From the human T2T-CHM13v2.0 reference genome, Homo sapiens: a stretch of DNA of 64,000 bases. The notes below the pieces were generated by a model. It saw only the letters and a list, made by a program, of their open reading frames with translations. It was not told where the DNA came from and did not search any database. How positions within the stretch are numbered: position 1 is the first letter of the stretch; the number at the start of each line of letters is the position of its first letter. Shown piece after piece: positions 1 through 16,951 of this stretch. The translations under genes and the position numbers were made by a program. Location of the stretch: the NCBI RefSeq assembly GCF_009914755.1, contig NC_060942.1. One strand, 5' to 3'.

Positions 1-379
1 TCTATATATATACTTAGGAGCAGACTGGATTGGGTTTGCTTTTGTTGAGCCCTTATGTGGCATTTTCTGACTTTTTCTGGCTCCCACCTTACAATGCTTA
101 TAGCAAAAAGACCCTTCCTTCCTTCCTTGTGAGTATGCTGCTCATGCAATCATTTTTGTTTTTTGTTTTCCCTTTTGGTATTTTCACTTTGGTGATGGAA
201 GGAAGGTTCTATGATGCAGTATTACTTCATCTTACTCCAGAAGCTTCTGCTCAGAGCCATCATGCAATATTCAACAAAAGGACCAACCCACATTTACCAC
301 CCCACTATTTAAAATATGTCAGTGCCTCTTCATCCTCTACACGACCCATCTGGCCCCTTTATTCTTCTCCAGGAATCAC

Positions 380-830
380 TTATCCTCAAACTCTACCCTC
401 CAGCAACACTAAACTTCTTGAGTGACTGTGCACTTGTTATCCCTTGCCTCCTCTGTACCTCCCATTTTGTTGCCCCTGCAGTTGAAACATCCTTCATTTG
501 ACACGTTTCTCTTTTCCCCTATTCTCTCAAAAGATGCTCAACATTTGGCCAGGTATTCCCTAATGATCCAGTCTTTATAATGAGCTACACCCTCCCTTCA
601 TTCTTCTGCCCCCACGATGGGGTCTGTGCCCTCCCCTGACCTTTCTGGTACAGTCCTATCGTTGCATGTTGTATTGTTACACTTTATCCTTTTGTATTAT
701 ACCAACTGTACTTCAGTCCCTCTCTTCCATTAGACGTTGACTCTTTGAAGCACGAATTGTAATTTTTCTGTATCAGAGCACAATGCTCAGCACATAGTAG
801 GGAAAGAATGCACAATGATTAAATGAATGA
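380..830 (+). mobile_element. L2 3' fragment (old)
   Basis: L2-like tail: agcacaatgctcagcacatagtagg...aaatgaatga. Confidence 0.45.
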
Positions 831-1884
831 CAATTAAAATGAGCTAAGAGGTTTACTTACTCTATGGGTTTGGCTCATATCAGACCTTTGAATCCTTCCG
901 CCAGCAAAGGAAATAAGAATAAATAATCTATTGTGGAATCTCTGGCCACCATATTATCACCGTGATGGAGTGCCTTAAATAAATAGAAGACATTTCTCAT
1001 GGGCAGCCCTATCTAATCCACTCCCCAATAAACAGAGAATATTAGAAGTTAAAACTTTCAAGGGAAAAAACTGGTGCCAATCCCACACTTTTAGTAATAG
1101 CATTTGGTCTGTGTGGTCTATGCTTTACTGTATTTTTTCTCTCATAGTATTAAAAGTAGTCCTGAAAATTATCTTTAATTTTCTCTTCTTTCAGCCTTGA
1201 ATGGGGAAAAAAAAACATAGTAAATGAGATGAAATACAATTTTTAATATGGAAATAAAAAAGGTTTTAGCAAAGAAATTAAGGGAGAGCTTTAATTTTTA
1301 AACTCAGTTGATCATTCTACATTCAATAGATATGTTATTGCCAAACACTCTCTTTTAAAAGAAATGTCATCTAATTACATCTAACATTAAATATATCTTT
1401 TAATTGTTCAGAGTAAATAAAATGCCACTGGTAATTACAATGAGAAGTTTTATGAATGTGGTTGGATTGCTTTCCGAATTTAATTAAGCTTTGGATTCTC
1501 ATGTACTCTTTTCTCCTAATGAGTTGGAGCCTTCTCAACCATATTTCAGGGAATCTCTTGGGCAGAAACACCTTCTAAGAAATCAATGTGGAGGAAAAGG
1601 TCCAGAGGTATTTGTTTTATTTCCCTTGAAAGACTTAGCTGCACTTTTATCATATTTGTTTATTACATTTAATTTGAATGAGAGACATTCAAGAAAAATA
1701 CCATTAAAATAATTTCCAAAGATCACAACCTTTATGCAAAAGAAGAATTATAGGTGCAGCAGCTAACAATTATTCATAAATGTTTGTGCTGCTGACTTAA
1801 GATATTTTCTACAAGTGAATGGAAAAATGCAACTGGGTACAGAGTGGTTTTTAAAAGAAAAAACAAGAAATTAAATTAAGTACA

Positions 1885-2355
1885 GCAGTAAGCAGAATAA
1901 TGGCTCCCCAGAGATAGTCACGTCCTGATTATAGAACCCGTGAATATGTTTTGTTACATGTCAAATTATGGAATTAAGTTTGCAGATGGATTAAGGTTGC
2001 TAATTAACGAACCTTAGTATAAGGAGAGTATGCTGTATTACTCAGGTGGGCCCAGTATACTTACAAGGAACCTTAAATGTTTTTGAAGAGGAAGAAAAGG
2101 GCAGAGTTATAGAGAGATTTGAACATGTTATGTTCCTGGCTTTGAAGATGGGGGAAGGAGCCCCCAGTCAAGTAATATAGACAGCTTCCAGAAATTGGAG
2201 TAGGTAAGGAAATGGATTCTCCCCTAGAGCCTTCACAGAGGAGCAGAGGCCTGCCAACACATTGATTTTAGACCAGTGAAACACCTAACCTATGGTTGGT
2301 GTATGTAATACATTCATTGTTTGGGGTTTTGAAGCAGCAATGGAAAACTATTACT
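1885..2355 (+). mobile_element. MLT1D/E-like MaLR solo LTR
   Basis: gcagaataatggctcccc...tgaatatgtt...ggattctcccctagagccttca...gcagcaatggaaaacta resembles MLT1. Confidence 0.75.
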
Positions 2356-3384
2356 AGTACACTCCCATAATGTCACACTACACAATCATTAAAGTAATTT
2401 AAGAAGAATGCCTGATGATTTGGAAAATATTTATGGTATATAATTAGGTTATGATAAAAGACCACATATGGTAAAAAACAGAAAAAAATACGTATATACA
2501 CTTCAGATAAAATCTGAAAGATACACTATAAAATGTTTCTCATGGTTCTCTATAGATGCTGACATTTAATTCTTTCTTTGTTTTTATTTCTTATCTTTTT
2601 TCTTCCACTTCCCAAGTTTCTTTTGTAATCAGAAAAAATTAAATGTTGAACATGACTGATGTTAAAACTGGAGAGAGGTTACTTTATTAATAGCATTGTA
2701 TGTCCTTTCAGAAACTTTCTTAAGAAAGAAGACAGCTATAACTAATATAGTAATTTTCTGTAGATTAGCTTGTGTTCAATTTACTTTACTGAATATCAGC
2801 ATCCCAAACACACTTCAAAAGATATGATAATGTCTACCTACATTATTTTTGAATTTTTTTTCTACAAAACATCTTAAAACGTGGGCCACATGAAATTAGA
2901 AAATATTTTTGCCATAGAAAGTTTAATCTTTGAATGATTGTGTTCATGCTGTCAGGGTTAATGACAATAGCAGGATAGCACCTGTATAGTGTCTGGGGCA
3001 AAAACCTCAAGTGAATGAATTTTTCTTTATGAGTTCAACTGGATAATCCCTTTTACTTTTCCTTACAGAATTCAATACAAGCCCCCATTGATAAAAAGTC
3101 ACTGCCTTTCCCTTTCATGCTTTGTGTACTTGATTTTCATTAGTGGTGGGTTTTATGGTGGGTTTTAATATTTGTAAAGAACATATCGTAAAGGAAATTA
3201 AATCTTGTATAGCAGAATAAAACTGTGTTTAGTCAAATAATTGGATAAGTTATGTGCATTTTTAATAAATAACTGTGATTTATTTGTACATATAACATTT
3301 CTAAAATTTAGTGTAAAAGCTTGGTTCTAAGATACAGTGCAGAATTTAATTATTTAGTACTCGTGAAGGAGCAGATGTCAGTGA

Positions 3385-3590
3385 GCAACAGGGTGGGCTC
3401 TGGCATCCGGTGTGCCTGGGTTCAAAGGACGGCTTCAACTCTCACTGTCTTTGTGCTCTTGATTACTAATTTCCTCTTTTGGAGACGACTTTGTAGAATG
3501 GAGAGTGACTATGCTCATCTCAGGTTATTATAAGAAGTAAAGGAAGCAAAATGCATTTCCTTGGTAAATAATCATTAAATAGTGGCTGAG
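3385..3590 (+). mobile_element. MIR
   Basis: ggctctgg...cctgggttcaaa...tgtagaatgg core similarity. Confidence 0.5.
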
Positions 3591-4634
3591 ATATCTTAAA
3601 GCCCTTTTCACTGAGTATTGTTATTTGTACTACACAATTTAAGATTCAGTGACTTTGTGCTTGCATGTGCTATGGTTATTTCAAGGCACTTTTTATCAGC
3701 ATGATAAAATAATACATATGTGACAAGAAACTGGTGTTGTATGATAAGCTACCTGGCAGAAGTGACAGAAGCTTCTGTTTGATCTCTGTGTTAATGATAG
3801 TTTCCTATTTTTTAATCGCCTCATTTGAATGAGAGTATGAACCTTCACTCGGTTTCTCCAAAATGCTTTATAAAGAAATGTGATCTCTTTATTCTGCTGT
3901 GACAGAGGGTAAAAAAAAGGACCAGGCTGTTTTTCAGGTACAAGTAAAGAAAAAAATGGACTTCATTTTGGCCTTTGTACTCTCCCAGGAATGATGGGAG
4001 TCCCAAGATACTCATTCTTTTGAACAAATGTGCCAAACACAGACGATTTTGGGTATTTTGTCCTTGGTGAGTGGATGTGGGAGTTATAATTGAAGATGAA
4101 AATGAAATAGAAACAAGTGCATCTTGTTGGAATTTACCTTCTTTACTCCCTTTGCTTCTTAACCATCAAGAATTTTTGACATATACCCTAAATTCAAGCC
4201 TGAGTGTTAATTTGCAAAATAGAAACCCTGTCCAAGCCTTTAAATACTATTACAGCAAAAGGCAAAGTATAAAACATGCACTTAAAACAGGCATGTGTTT
4301 CATCCAAGATGTTAAATCGGGAAGAACTAAAAAATAACAGGTTACTCCTGAAAAAAAAAAGTAATAAAATATACAAAAATATTCTCTATTCATATTTGAA
4401 TAATCAAATGAAGTAGTCTTGGCTTCCTAATTTCCTTACCCATTCTTGGAATAAATTCTTTATTAGAATGAATGTTGAGACCCTGGGGGATCTTAGGATA
4501 TTCTTGAGAAATAAATTTGAAGTGCCAATTTTGTGCTAAACGTAGGTAGAAAATGGCGTTTTAGATTTTAAAAGTAAATGGCTAAAAATTAAGCATTATA
4601 CCCTTCAGAAAGTTTATAAGGTTTGACAATCATT

Positions 4635-6374
4635 CTTTTAACACAGAAATCTGTTTATTAAACCAAACAAAACAGAGAAAATTATACCAGCCCTCAATTT
4701 TTGAATTTTCATTTAAATAAGCAAACTCTAAATCCACATCTTAAAAGATGTTTGTGCAGCTATGTATTTCCAAAATACTCATATTTCAATAAGATTTTTC
4801 ACATTATATTCACCAACAGTATCACAAAAGTTTTTTTTTTGTTTTTTGTTTACATAATTGTAAGGAACAGTAATTCTAGAAACACTAGAAGAAAAAAGCA
4901 TAGCAATGTCCACAGTTACAAGAAAAAGTGCACATTACTCGGTCACAATCACAGTCATTACTTGAAAAACTATATGTAACAAGTAGATAAGAAATATCAC
5001 TGATGCCTCAAACTCATTGTCAAAAACTGAATGACATAAATTTTACATGAAATAAGGCAAATTCAGGAATGCACAAAGAATTTGTAATCCAACCAAAGCT
5101 AAACAACAGAAAAAAGTTGTATAAGAAGCATGAACTAAAGTACTTCTCCCTAAATATTTAAAAAATAGGCTTGTCTCAGTGCACAAAGAAAACATCACTC
5201 ATGTGTATCCCACACTATAAAATAAGAAAGAAGGGTAAAGTATGGGGGATAGGAGGGCACAGTTCATTGTAAGTTGCAGCTGCATCCGCTGAGAGTTCCT
5301 TACATTATTTTTAGCTAGAACTGAAAATTATACAAATCATATCAGGAGATGTAATGGTCTTTTTGGAAACTATTTCTGAAAGAAATGAAAAGAAAACTAC
5401 ACACAAGAGTGCAAATTTTCAGATTGTCACTTGCAACCTCTTAACATTCAGTCATCTACATCCAGGTGCTGCTAGAGGGATGCCTGGAGACAGCAGCGGC
5501 AATCAGGAACGAGCAGCTCTAAGAAACCAAGGTGTGATTTTTTTTCAACAACATGTCTTGTCATTATTAAAAAAAAAATTCTGGGATGAAAACTGCTATG
5601 ATAAAGTTGCAGTGTTGAGTGGGGTTTTTGAGATCAGCATGAGAGCAGAAATGCAGGCTTCTCTTGGAAGTAGTTCCTGATGTGACGATTGAAAGAACGT
5701 AGGCAAGGGTTTTTCCAGCATCAAGTGTTATTTTTGTAGAAAGAATTTGGAAAGAGGAGAAGGCAAAGGGATGTGGAAAAGGTACTTACAGTAGTTTCTC
5801 AAAACAGTTTTCTTTTAGGACCTATGAAAAAGTTACCAAAGTAAAAATGACAAGTTTGAATGAAAAACAAGTTTTCTTTTTATAAAAATTACATATTTTT
5901 TTAAAATACGAGATCCTTTTCATTGTTGTTATATCCTGTAGCAACAAGAAATTTGGCTTTTTTTTTTCTTTTTTTTTTTTTTGCCAGGTACTTCAGCTTT
6001 CAGTCCAATGAGTCAGTAGCAAATTCCACTAATATTTCAGCTGGATCTTGAACTATTGTTTTATACCACAAGCTTCTTCTGTTTTATCCTTGAATTAAGA
6101 ATAGATAGCCTTTTATGCCCCTGATATTTATGGTGACACACTAAAACAAAAAGCAATAGGCTGGACATACTAAAGTAGCTCAAGTACTTCAGAGGTCAGA
6201 GTTCCTTTGAAGCACCTTAACACATCACTTACGGATCAAGGACAATGTGGCATAATGGAAGTATTTCTCTTAAAAGACTGTGCAGTAAGACCAGAAGTAT
6301 CTCTGTTGGGAAATCAAAATGTCATTAGTGGAAACTGCAAATTTAGACCTCAGTGAATATGGTGGTCGTCTGTC
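4635..6374 (-). other. NOL4: NOL4 3' UTR (~1.7 kb)
   Basis: Unique, repeat-free, U-rich (minus strand) sequence after the stop codon. It ends shortly past an AATAAA; the exact cleavage site is inferred. Confidence 0.75.
4654..4659 (-). terminator. Polyadenylation signal AATAAA (likely main NOL4 site)
   Basis: tttatt on the + strand. A second AATAAA at 4459-4464 is a possible distal alternative. Confidence 0.65.
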
Positions 6375-6568
6375 TCAGTTCTGTTGTAAAATGAGATTTT
6401 CCAGTTCATCTGCAGATCGCAATAAAAATGCAGCTGATTCTCGATATCCTGCAACAAGCTGTCTCACGGCATTGATTTCAGTTGGACTCAGCTGGGGTCT
6501 GGAGTTTGAGCTGCTGGAGGATCCTGAGCTAGTCGCCAATTGTCTCTTCATGCTGAGATCAGTGGGTC
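6375..6568 (-). CDS. NOL4: NOL4 terminal coding exon (C-terminus)
   Basis: Encodes (G)[63 protein letters not shown], recognised as the NOL4 C-terminus. Minus-strand acceptor ttttctttctAG|GACCC (AG = 6570-6569). Phase 1, 194 nt including TGA at 6377-6375; phase matches the upstream exon. Confidence 0.95.
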
Positions 6569-9500
6569 CTAGAAAGAAAATCATCACAAAATTAGACATA
6601 AATATTATTTGTTCCAGCATCTTGGATGTGAGCATTCAATAAATTATAGTTGAATGAATTAATGAATTCTTCCACAAGAAGCTAGTGATCTCTTTAATCA
6701 AATACATCTACTCTCAGAAAGATTAATGAGCAATGTAATGGTAACCGAGTGGCTTCTCTTCGGTCTTCTCTCAGATGCCGAAATCAGCCTCTGGAAATCA
6801 CCTCTTGCTGTAGAGAGATGGTGAAAACTTTCTTGGAACATGTGTTTTTTGAAAAATTCAATTTTAAATCTGTCTTCCATATGTTGTAGACGCTTCTCAT
6901 AGTAGCATAACATGATGGGAATTACAAACATTTTTCATTTGTTACATTCATTAACAGATATCTTAGACCGCATCAATTTGCAATTTAAAAAAACTGTGAT
7001 GCTAATGACTTTAGAGTACAAACTAGTCAACTTAGCAAAAAGGAAACTAAGGACTAAAGGACTTCAGGAATATGTTTAGAGTTTGACAACGTTTAAGTGG
7101 CACAACCAGGACTTGACTTAAGTATTTTATTATTATTATTTTTCATTTCAGGCAGATGTTGTTTACCATGTTGATTAGTATTAAAAGTGTTGACATATTA
7201 CATTGGAATTTGCTTTAGAAGTGCAATAAGTGATTACTGCAAACAATACCACAGAGAACCTAGACATTTGGAATACTGACTTACGTGTTTAGGAATTTAA
7301 TGTCATCTCTGTATTTATTTGCACAAAACACATTCATGTGCCGAAACCTTTTTTTCTTACATATTTAAGCCATCTGGTGGGTATGCTTTTTGACAACATT
7401 TTGTAAATTTTTACTTAAAAAGTATTTATAAAGTTATTTAAAATCTTTTATTCAGTCATTTGTGTTGAGAAGATACTTCTTTCAATTATTCTTTAAGTGT
7501 TCACTTTTATACTTCTTAGCTGACATTAAGCATTTACTGTAGTTATTAAATTTGCAGTATTAAATTTAAATCCTTGAATAAAACAGTACTAAGCACATAA
7601 CTAAACATGTGTTCCAAAACTGTAATGATTCTATAACTTGAAAATGTTTTAACAGACTTTTCCTAAACATGCGTAAATTTTCAGATAATGGTATTCGTTT
7701 CATGAACTAAAACAAGAGATGTTATTTTATCCTTTTGGTTCTCCTTGAAGCATGATGGAGATAGGTCAAGACCCAACCCCCTCCACCCTCTACCTCCACA
7801 GAGGAGACAGATGTCCCATGAGAGGGAAATAGCTTCACTTGAATTTAATTAGAGCAGAGACAAGACTAGCACACAAGAACTCTGACATCTGAGAGAAATG
7901 TATTTCCACTTCTGTAGTGGCCTTTCAAAGCTTTGATTTTTCTAGCAGGACTTAGGTTCCATTTGTTCTGCTATTTACAAAATCATGAGACTGACACGAC
8001 AAGCTGGAAGAGAGATGTGCGATGTCACATTTGCAAACAGAAGTTACTGAACCTATGTTGAGGCAAATCATTAACATCATTGAGTTTATTTGGAAAATTC
8101 TGAGTGGATTAAAAAGGCATTATAACAGGAGTAGTGGTCTCCAGATGAACCCACTTTAAGTTTTGTTTTTCTTTATATTTAAGAAGCCCAGTACAAGGAC
8201 AGATATTTATAACAGATATTGAAAGGGTTTTCCTCTCAGCTATGTAGTTATCTAGTATCTGGTTGGCTGACTGTCATTATTTCATTACAAGGTGTAACAT
8301 TTTGATGGTTTTTGCTGTCAATCCAAGTTGATTGGCATCCTTAAGTAAAATTGAGAAAGGGTTGAGGCTAGGGCTCCAGTTCTTTCTAAAGTGAGGGAGA
8401 TTGATTTTATTCTAATCGGCAGTTTTTGAATTACACCCTACCGCTGGCTCAGTGTTCTAAGCTTCCAAACCAAGACCTAGCTTTCACTTTCCTTCAGACC
8501 TTTGTTAGCACAGGCATAGTCTAGAGAAAGCTCTGCCATTTAGAGGCTATTCACATCTCCCAAGTTATTATTATTCTTTGTCTGGAAGAAAGTTGACATC
8601 ATTATCTTGGCTTTTTTCAGATCTGCAGGATCAGGATAGAGTGCATAAACCAAAACCATAAGGAGTCCTTTAGCTGAGTGTTTGTTATCCATGTCTTCAC
8701 TACTATGGGGTTGAGCAAGGAATCAAGCTAAAATAAAAATATTTGCAAATAAACAAGATATTTCACTAGGGACCAAATGGCCCTCACTGATGGTTGCTAC
8801 CATTCATTTCTGCCTCATTGAGTGAATCCCATACTTGACTGGTTTGGCTTCATTATCCCCAACAATATGATCTGATTAGAATGCATATCAATTACAAGTA
8901 AAAATTCAAATGTTATAAAGATGCTACATTTAATTAAGTCTAGGAAAGTATTCTTGGAGACCTGCTAAAATCTCACACAAGGCTACTGAGAAGCACGGCT
9001 CTGGAAAAGCTGGACCAGTTAACAAGGAAATGACCAAGGAGAGTGACACAAAAGATACTTCAAGAGAAAGGATTTTGATATCCAAGGTTAAAGGCACATA
9101 CCAAGGCAACTTGCTAGGCCCACACTTATCCAAGTGCCCACATTTTTACCAAAGTGATGCGAACCTGCTTTATGATCATTCTGAAAATATAAGAGACAAA
9201 AGATATTTCATGCTAACATACAATGCTGTTTGAAAAATTAAGCTCCACACACCAAAACGAATTATTGATTCATTTTTTGAGGTTTGAGGGATATTTAAGT
9301 TATAAATAAATTTCAGTTAAATGAAAATGTATATTTTCATTTTACTTCTTCATTTTCTTTTTCAAATTAAGTTATCAGTTGAATACTTCTCCCGTTTATG
9401 GTGCATTTTTGGTTGTTGTTTTAAATAGACTTATTTTTATGGTCATATTTTAGTGTCATTTATCCTTAGGTAGTAGGGCCCCTTAGGACAAAGTTTTGTT

Positions 9501-10194
9501 TTTGCAGTGTAAATTCTCTTTGAAAGACTATGGCATACATTTTTATTTATCAAAAATTAGACTGAAGGTAAGAATGCAAGGCCCATAAACGCAGGCACGC
9601 TTTGTGTCTCATTTACCGTATCATTCTGTGGAGATGTGTTGGTGCCTGGCACAAAGGAAGCCTCAATAATAATCAGTGACTGATGGATGTTTGTATTTGT
9701 AGAATCAATAAATGAGAAGTGCCAGATTCTTTCTATAGCCAATAATTAAGAAATAGGAAATAAGTGATGTTATTAATAGCACTAGTTATGGTTAAAACAA
9801 AACTAGTTAGACAAAAACCACGATGGTTTAATGTGACTTATTCAAGTAAAGTAACCTCTAATATATGGAAATATTATTATTGCCATAAAAGTCATATAAA
9901 ATTATAAAAATGTAATTGCTTGAGTACAGTGATTTCCACATGAACCATTGCTGATAGAGAAAAATAAGTTATTGTCCATTTCCTAAATAATCATGTTTGC
10001 TTTACCACTAAATATTACCATGAGTCCTGAGTTGAATATAAAATAATTCCTAGCTTCATACAGCCTTCTCCTACATTCCCTTCTTCAGCTAGGACCTCCA
10101 CTCCCAAGCAATAGACTATGAAATGTCTGGATAACTGGCAATTAATTCAACAATTTAAATAAGTGAAGAACATTTTAAATTAATTCTTTACTAC

Positions 10195-11920
10195 AGGGGT
10201 TGGTGAAATTTTTAAACAAAGAACAAGGTAGTAAATATTTTAGTCATCTTAAGCCATGAGGCAGAATTGCAGATATTAATAATATGCAGGTACTTATACA
10301 AAAAGAGAGAAAGCAGATTACAACATTCTCATGGACAAAATTCAAACTATAACAATTGAGTCTTTGTTTTTAAATAAAGGTCTACTACTGAGGAGAGTAA
10401 AAAGCTTTTTTCTTAATTGAGCTTCACCGTTAGTGTTCCTTTTCATCAAAATCAACTGCAAATGTTCATCTATTAATGAAGATTTGTAGTGATATTTTAA
10501 GTGTTTCATCTTTGAAAATGTCTTTTTATAAATTTTTTTCAAATACTTTTATCAAGTCACAACCATATTATTTTAATTGAGCATATTCATCACTTAAAAG
10601 TCATTATAGAATTCTATTAGATCCTTCTCCTGATAGTTACCTTTTATTAGGTCAATACACTGCAGATTAATTACTTCCTATTAAAGTTTAAACTGGAAGC
10701 TCCTCAACTGAACAGTGAAAAGGAATGTGAAATATAAGAATTTACTTTGCGTTTGCATCAATGTACTAAAATATTGCTGAGTCTGTGGTATGTGCTCAGA
10801 AAATATATCCACGCAAATCTGCTTGGGAATGGAGATTTTACTTCTTCTTTTAACTTCTGATAGGACAAGAAGCTTATAAGCAGTTTTCTATTACTGTGAT
10901 TCAAACAGTATTGGCCATCATCAAAATAACTTTACCACAGCATAAGCTTTGCATATAAGTATTGTTTTATCTTGTAATTTCAGATCGAATTCAACAAGAA
11001 ACATTGCCAATTCTGCAGCAAAAATTAATTTCCAAAACCATTGAGTGTTTACTGATAGTGTCTGAGGGCAGTTCTTATTCAGAAAAAATTTAATATTAGC
11101 CCTGATCTGGAAAAAAAATTGTAATAAAACTTTACCAGGAAGCCATCCAACTGCTGTGTGGTAGGACAACTCAGTATATTCAGATTCTATTCTGACAAAA
11201 TTTCACAGTAATGAACATGGTTAATTGATGAGAACAAATGAAGTTTAAAGGTGATAGCACTGTTTTAACCATGAATGAAATACTGAAGTGTTTTCCACAA
11301 TACAACTGCTAATGGCTCTTTCAAGGAATAACCATATGCTTTATGTTTTAACAAACTTTGTAAATATGTCCAAATAACCCTCTTTGTGCTTCACACCTCT
11401 TAGTTCCACTTCGGATTGTATTGAATTAGTTTTTTTGCAACTTTGAAAATATTCTCACCTATAGGTGTTCCACACTTACTATTCATAGAGGCTAATTATT
11501 CATCACTTCAAACTTATCATTGACTCCTCCAATAAGCAACAACAGAGTAGTATTAGTACCATCTCAACTCAAGAGGCAAGGAAAACTACTTCAAACTAGA
11601 GTTACCTTGTTTGTTAATTGACTATTCATATTAGCAATATTTCAATTTCCTCAAGCTTTCAAGCACTGTTCTTGCCATAATGCTAAAAGTCTTAAGAAGG
11701 CTTATTTTTCTGGACACAATTATTTAGCTTTTGCAGTAAAATGTGATTTAATAAACTTGCTATCAGTAAATGAAGTGATTTTCCCTGGTTGGCTAACAAA
11801 TTCGCCCCTTGAAAACTTTGTTTGTAGGCCATTTCATTTCTTATTTTTGTGATCAGATGTTTAATCAAGGTATTCATGATGATATTGTAGTTCTTTTGCC
11901 AAAGAGTAAAAAAAAAATCA
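10195..11920 (-). mobile_element. hAT-Charlie DNA transposon relic with transposase fragment
   Basis: End caggggttgg at 10195. ORF 10921-11169 (YHTAVGWLPGKVLLQFF...WKLIFAAELAMFLVEFDLKLQDK) resembles the Charlie/GTF2IRD2-type 'YHTEVRWLSRGKVL...NLKLQG' block. Confidence 0.75.
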
Positions 11921-12099
11921 ACTATAAAACCTCAGGATTTTAGCTAAGTTAGCTAATATAGATAAAGTATCCATCCAGCACAATGCCTGGTTATACTAGA
12001 TATTCTATAAGTGGTAATTTCCTTCTCCAGATGACTAAATATTTATCAATGGGCTAAAGATATCTAAAATATCACACTAAATATACATTGCTAGATTCA

Positions 12100-13117
12100 A
12101 CATGCTAATGAATTTCATTTATATTCACAAGTCTGATTACACTATAATTTGCCTTTCTAATACTCTTTTTGATGATAGAATTTTAGTAGCATCATAAAAT
12201 GAGCTGGAGTACTTTCTCCTCTTTTATCCATTTTTCCTTCTTTTAGAATTGTTTGTCTAAAGTGAAGATTATCTAGCCTTTGAAGCCTTGGTAAAAATTT
12301 GTAAAACCATCAGAGTCTGATATTTTTTAATGGGCAGATTTTTATAATACTGATTCAGTTTGTGTAATGGTTACAAGTTCATTTGGAATATCCATTTTTG
12401 AATTAATATTGGCCAATTATGCTTTTGTAAAACATGGTCTAATATCTCTAAACTTTCAAGTATAATGGTATAAAAATATTAATTTTATACTGTTTAAACT
12501 TTTATTTTTTAAAATTTCTATTATGTTTCATCTGTCTTTATTCATCTTGTCATATTTTTAAAAAAGCCCTTTCAAGAATGCTGCTTTTGCCTTTGTTAGT
12601 CTTCCCTATTGCTTCTTTGATTTGTATTTAATCAATTTTTTCACTTATTCTATTGTCTTTGGGTTTTCTCTGTTTTGACTTCTCAGGTTAAATCATTGGT
12701 TCATTAACTTTATATTTTTTTCTAATGTGTATGCCAAAATACTAAATTAGTTATATTCCATAAATCTAGTTATGTAGCATTTTCATCTTTGATAATTATA
12801 AATAGTTATCAACACAATGCGATCTGTATGTTAATGATTATTTGGATGTTTCCATTTGCTTAGGTGGTCAATATATGTGAAAGAATATGTATTGTTAGAC
12901 AGTTGGGGGTCAGATTCTAGATATAGCTATTAGATTAAATTTTAATTATTTGTTTCAAATGCAAATGTTTTTCTGGTGTAACTTTTTTTGTTTGTTTTTT
13001 GTTTTTCTGAGAGACTTGTGTCAAAACTCTATGGCTATCATTATGACTTTCAATTTCTCCTTGCTATTTTGTTACTTTTTAATTTAATTTTGAGGCTTTA
13101 TTATTGGGGTACATAGT
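12100..13117 (-). mobile_element. Old L1M fragment (host of the MaLR provirus; continues ~18600-18690)
   Basis: T-rich antisense ORF2-like sequence; tgaggctttattattggggtacatagt resumes after 18603. Confidence 0.55.
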
Positions 13118-13154
13118 TGTATCAGTCCATTCTTATACTGCTATAAATACCAGA

Positions 13155-13458
13155 GGCCAGGCATAGTGGCTTACGCCTATAATCCTAGCACTTTGGGAGG
13201 CCGAGGTGGGTGGATCACTTGTGGTCAGGTGTACAAGACCAGCCTGACCAACATGGTGAAACCTAGTCTTTACTAAAAATACAAAAATTAGCCCGGCATG
13301 GTGGTGGGCACCTGTAATCCCAGCTAATTGGGAGGCTAAGCAGGAGAATGGCTTGAGCTCAGGAGGCAGAGGTTTCAGTGGGCCAAGATCATGCCGCTAC
13401 ACTCCAGCCTGGGGGACAGAGTGAGAATCTGTCTCAAAAATAAATAAATAAAATGAAA
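13155..13458 (+). mobile_element. AluS inserted in the MaLR LTR
   Basis: Dimeric Alu with A-rich tail; TSD about ataaatacc on both sides. Confidence 0.95.
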
Positions 13459-13923
13459 ATAAATACCCAAGACTGGGTTATTTTAAAAAGGAAAGAGGTT
13501 TAATTGACTCACAGTTATGCATGGCTGGGGAGGCCTCAGGAAACTTACAGTCATGGCAGAGGGAAAGCAGGCATATCTTACAAGGTGGCAGGCGAGAGAG
13601 CACATGTGAAGGTGGAACTGTCAAACACTTATAAAACTATCAGATCTTGTGAAAACTCACTATCATGAGAAAAGCATGGGGGAAACCACCCCCATGGTCC
13701 AATAACTTCCCACCAGGTCCCTCCCAAAACACATGGGGATAATGGGAATTACAATTTGAGAGGAGATTTGGGTGAAGACGCAGAGCCAAACCATATTCTG
13801 CCCCTACCTCCCCCCAAATCTCACATCCTTTTTACATTTCAAAACCAATCATGCCTCCCTGACAGTCTCCCAAAACCTTAACTCATTCCAGCATTAACCC
13901 AAAAGTCCAAGTCCTAAGTCTCA

Positions 13924-16951
<3,028 letters not shown>

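Noticed and set aside
6569-6635. N-terminal extension of ORF 6375-6635
   Set aside because: It is the polypyrimidine tract of the intron; the exon starts at 6568.
6319-6642. 107-aa plus-strand ORF
   Set aside because: Antisense shadow of the NOL4 coding exon.
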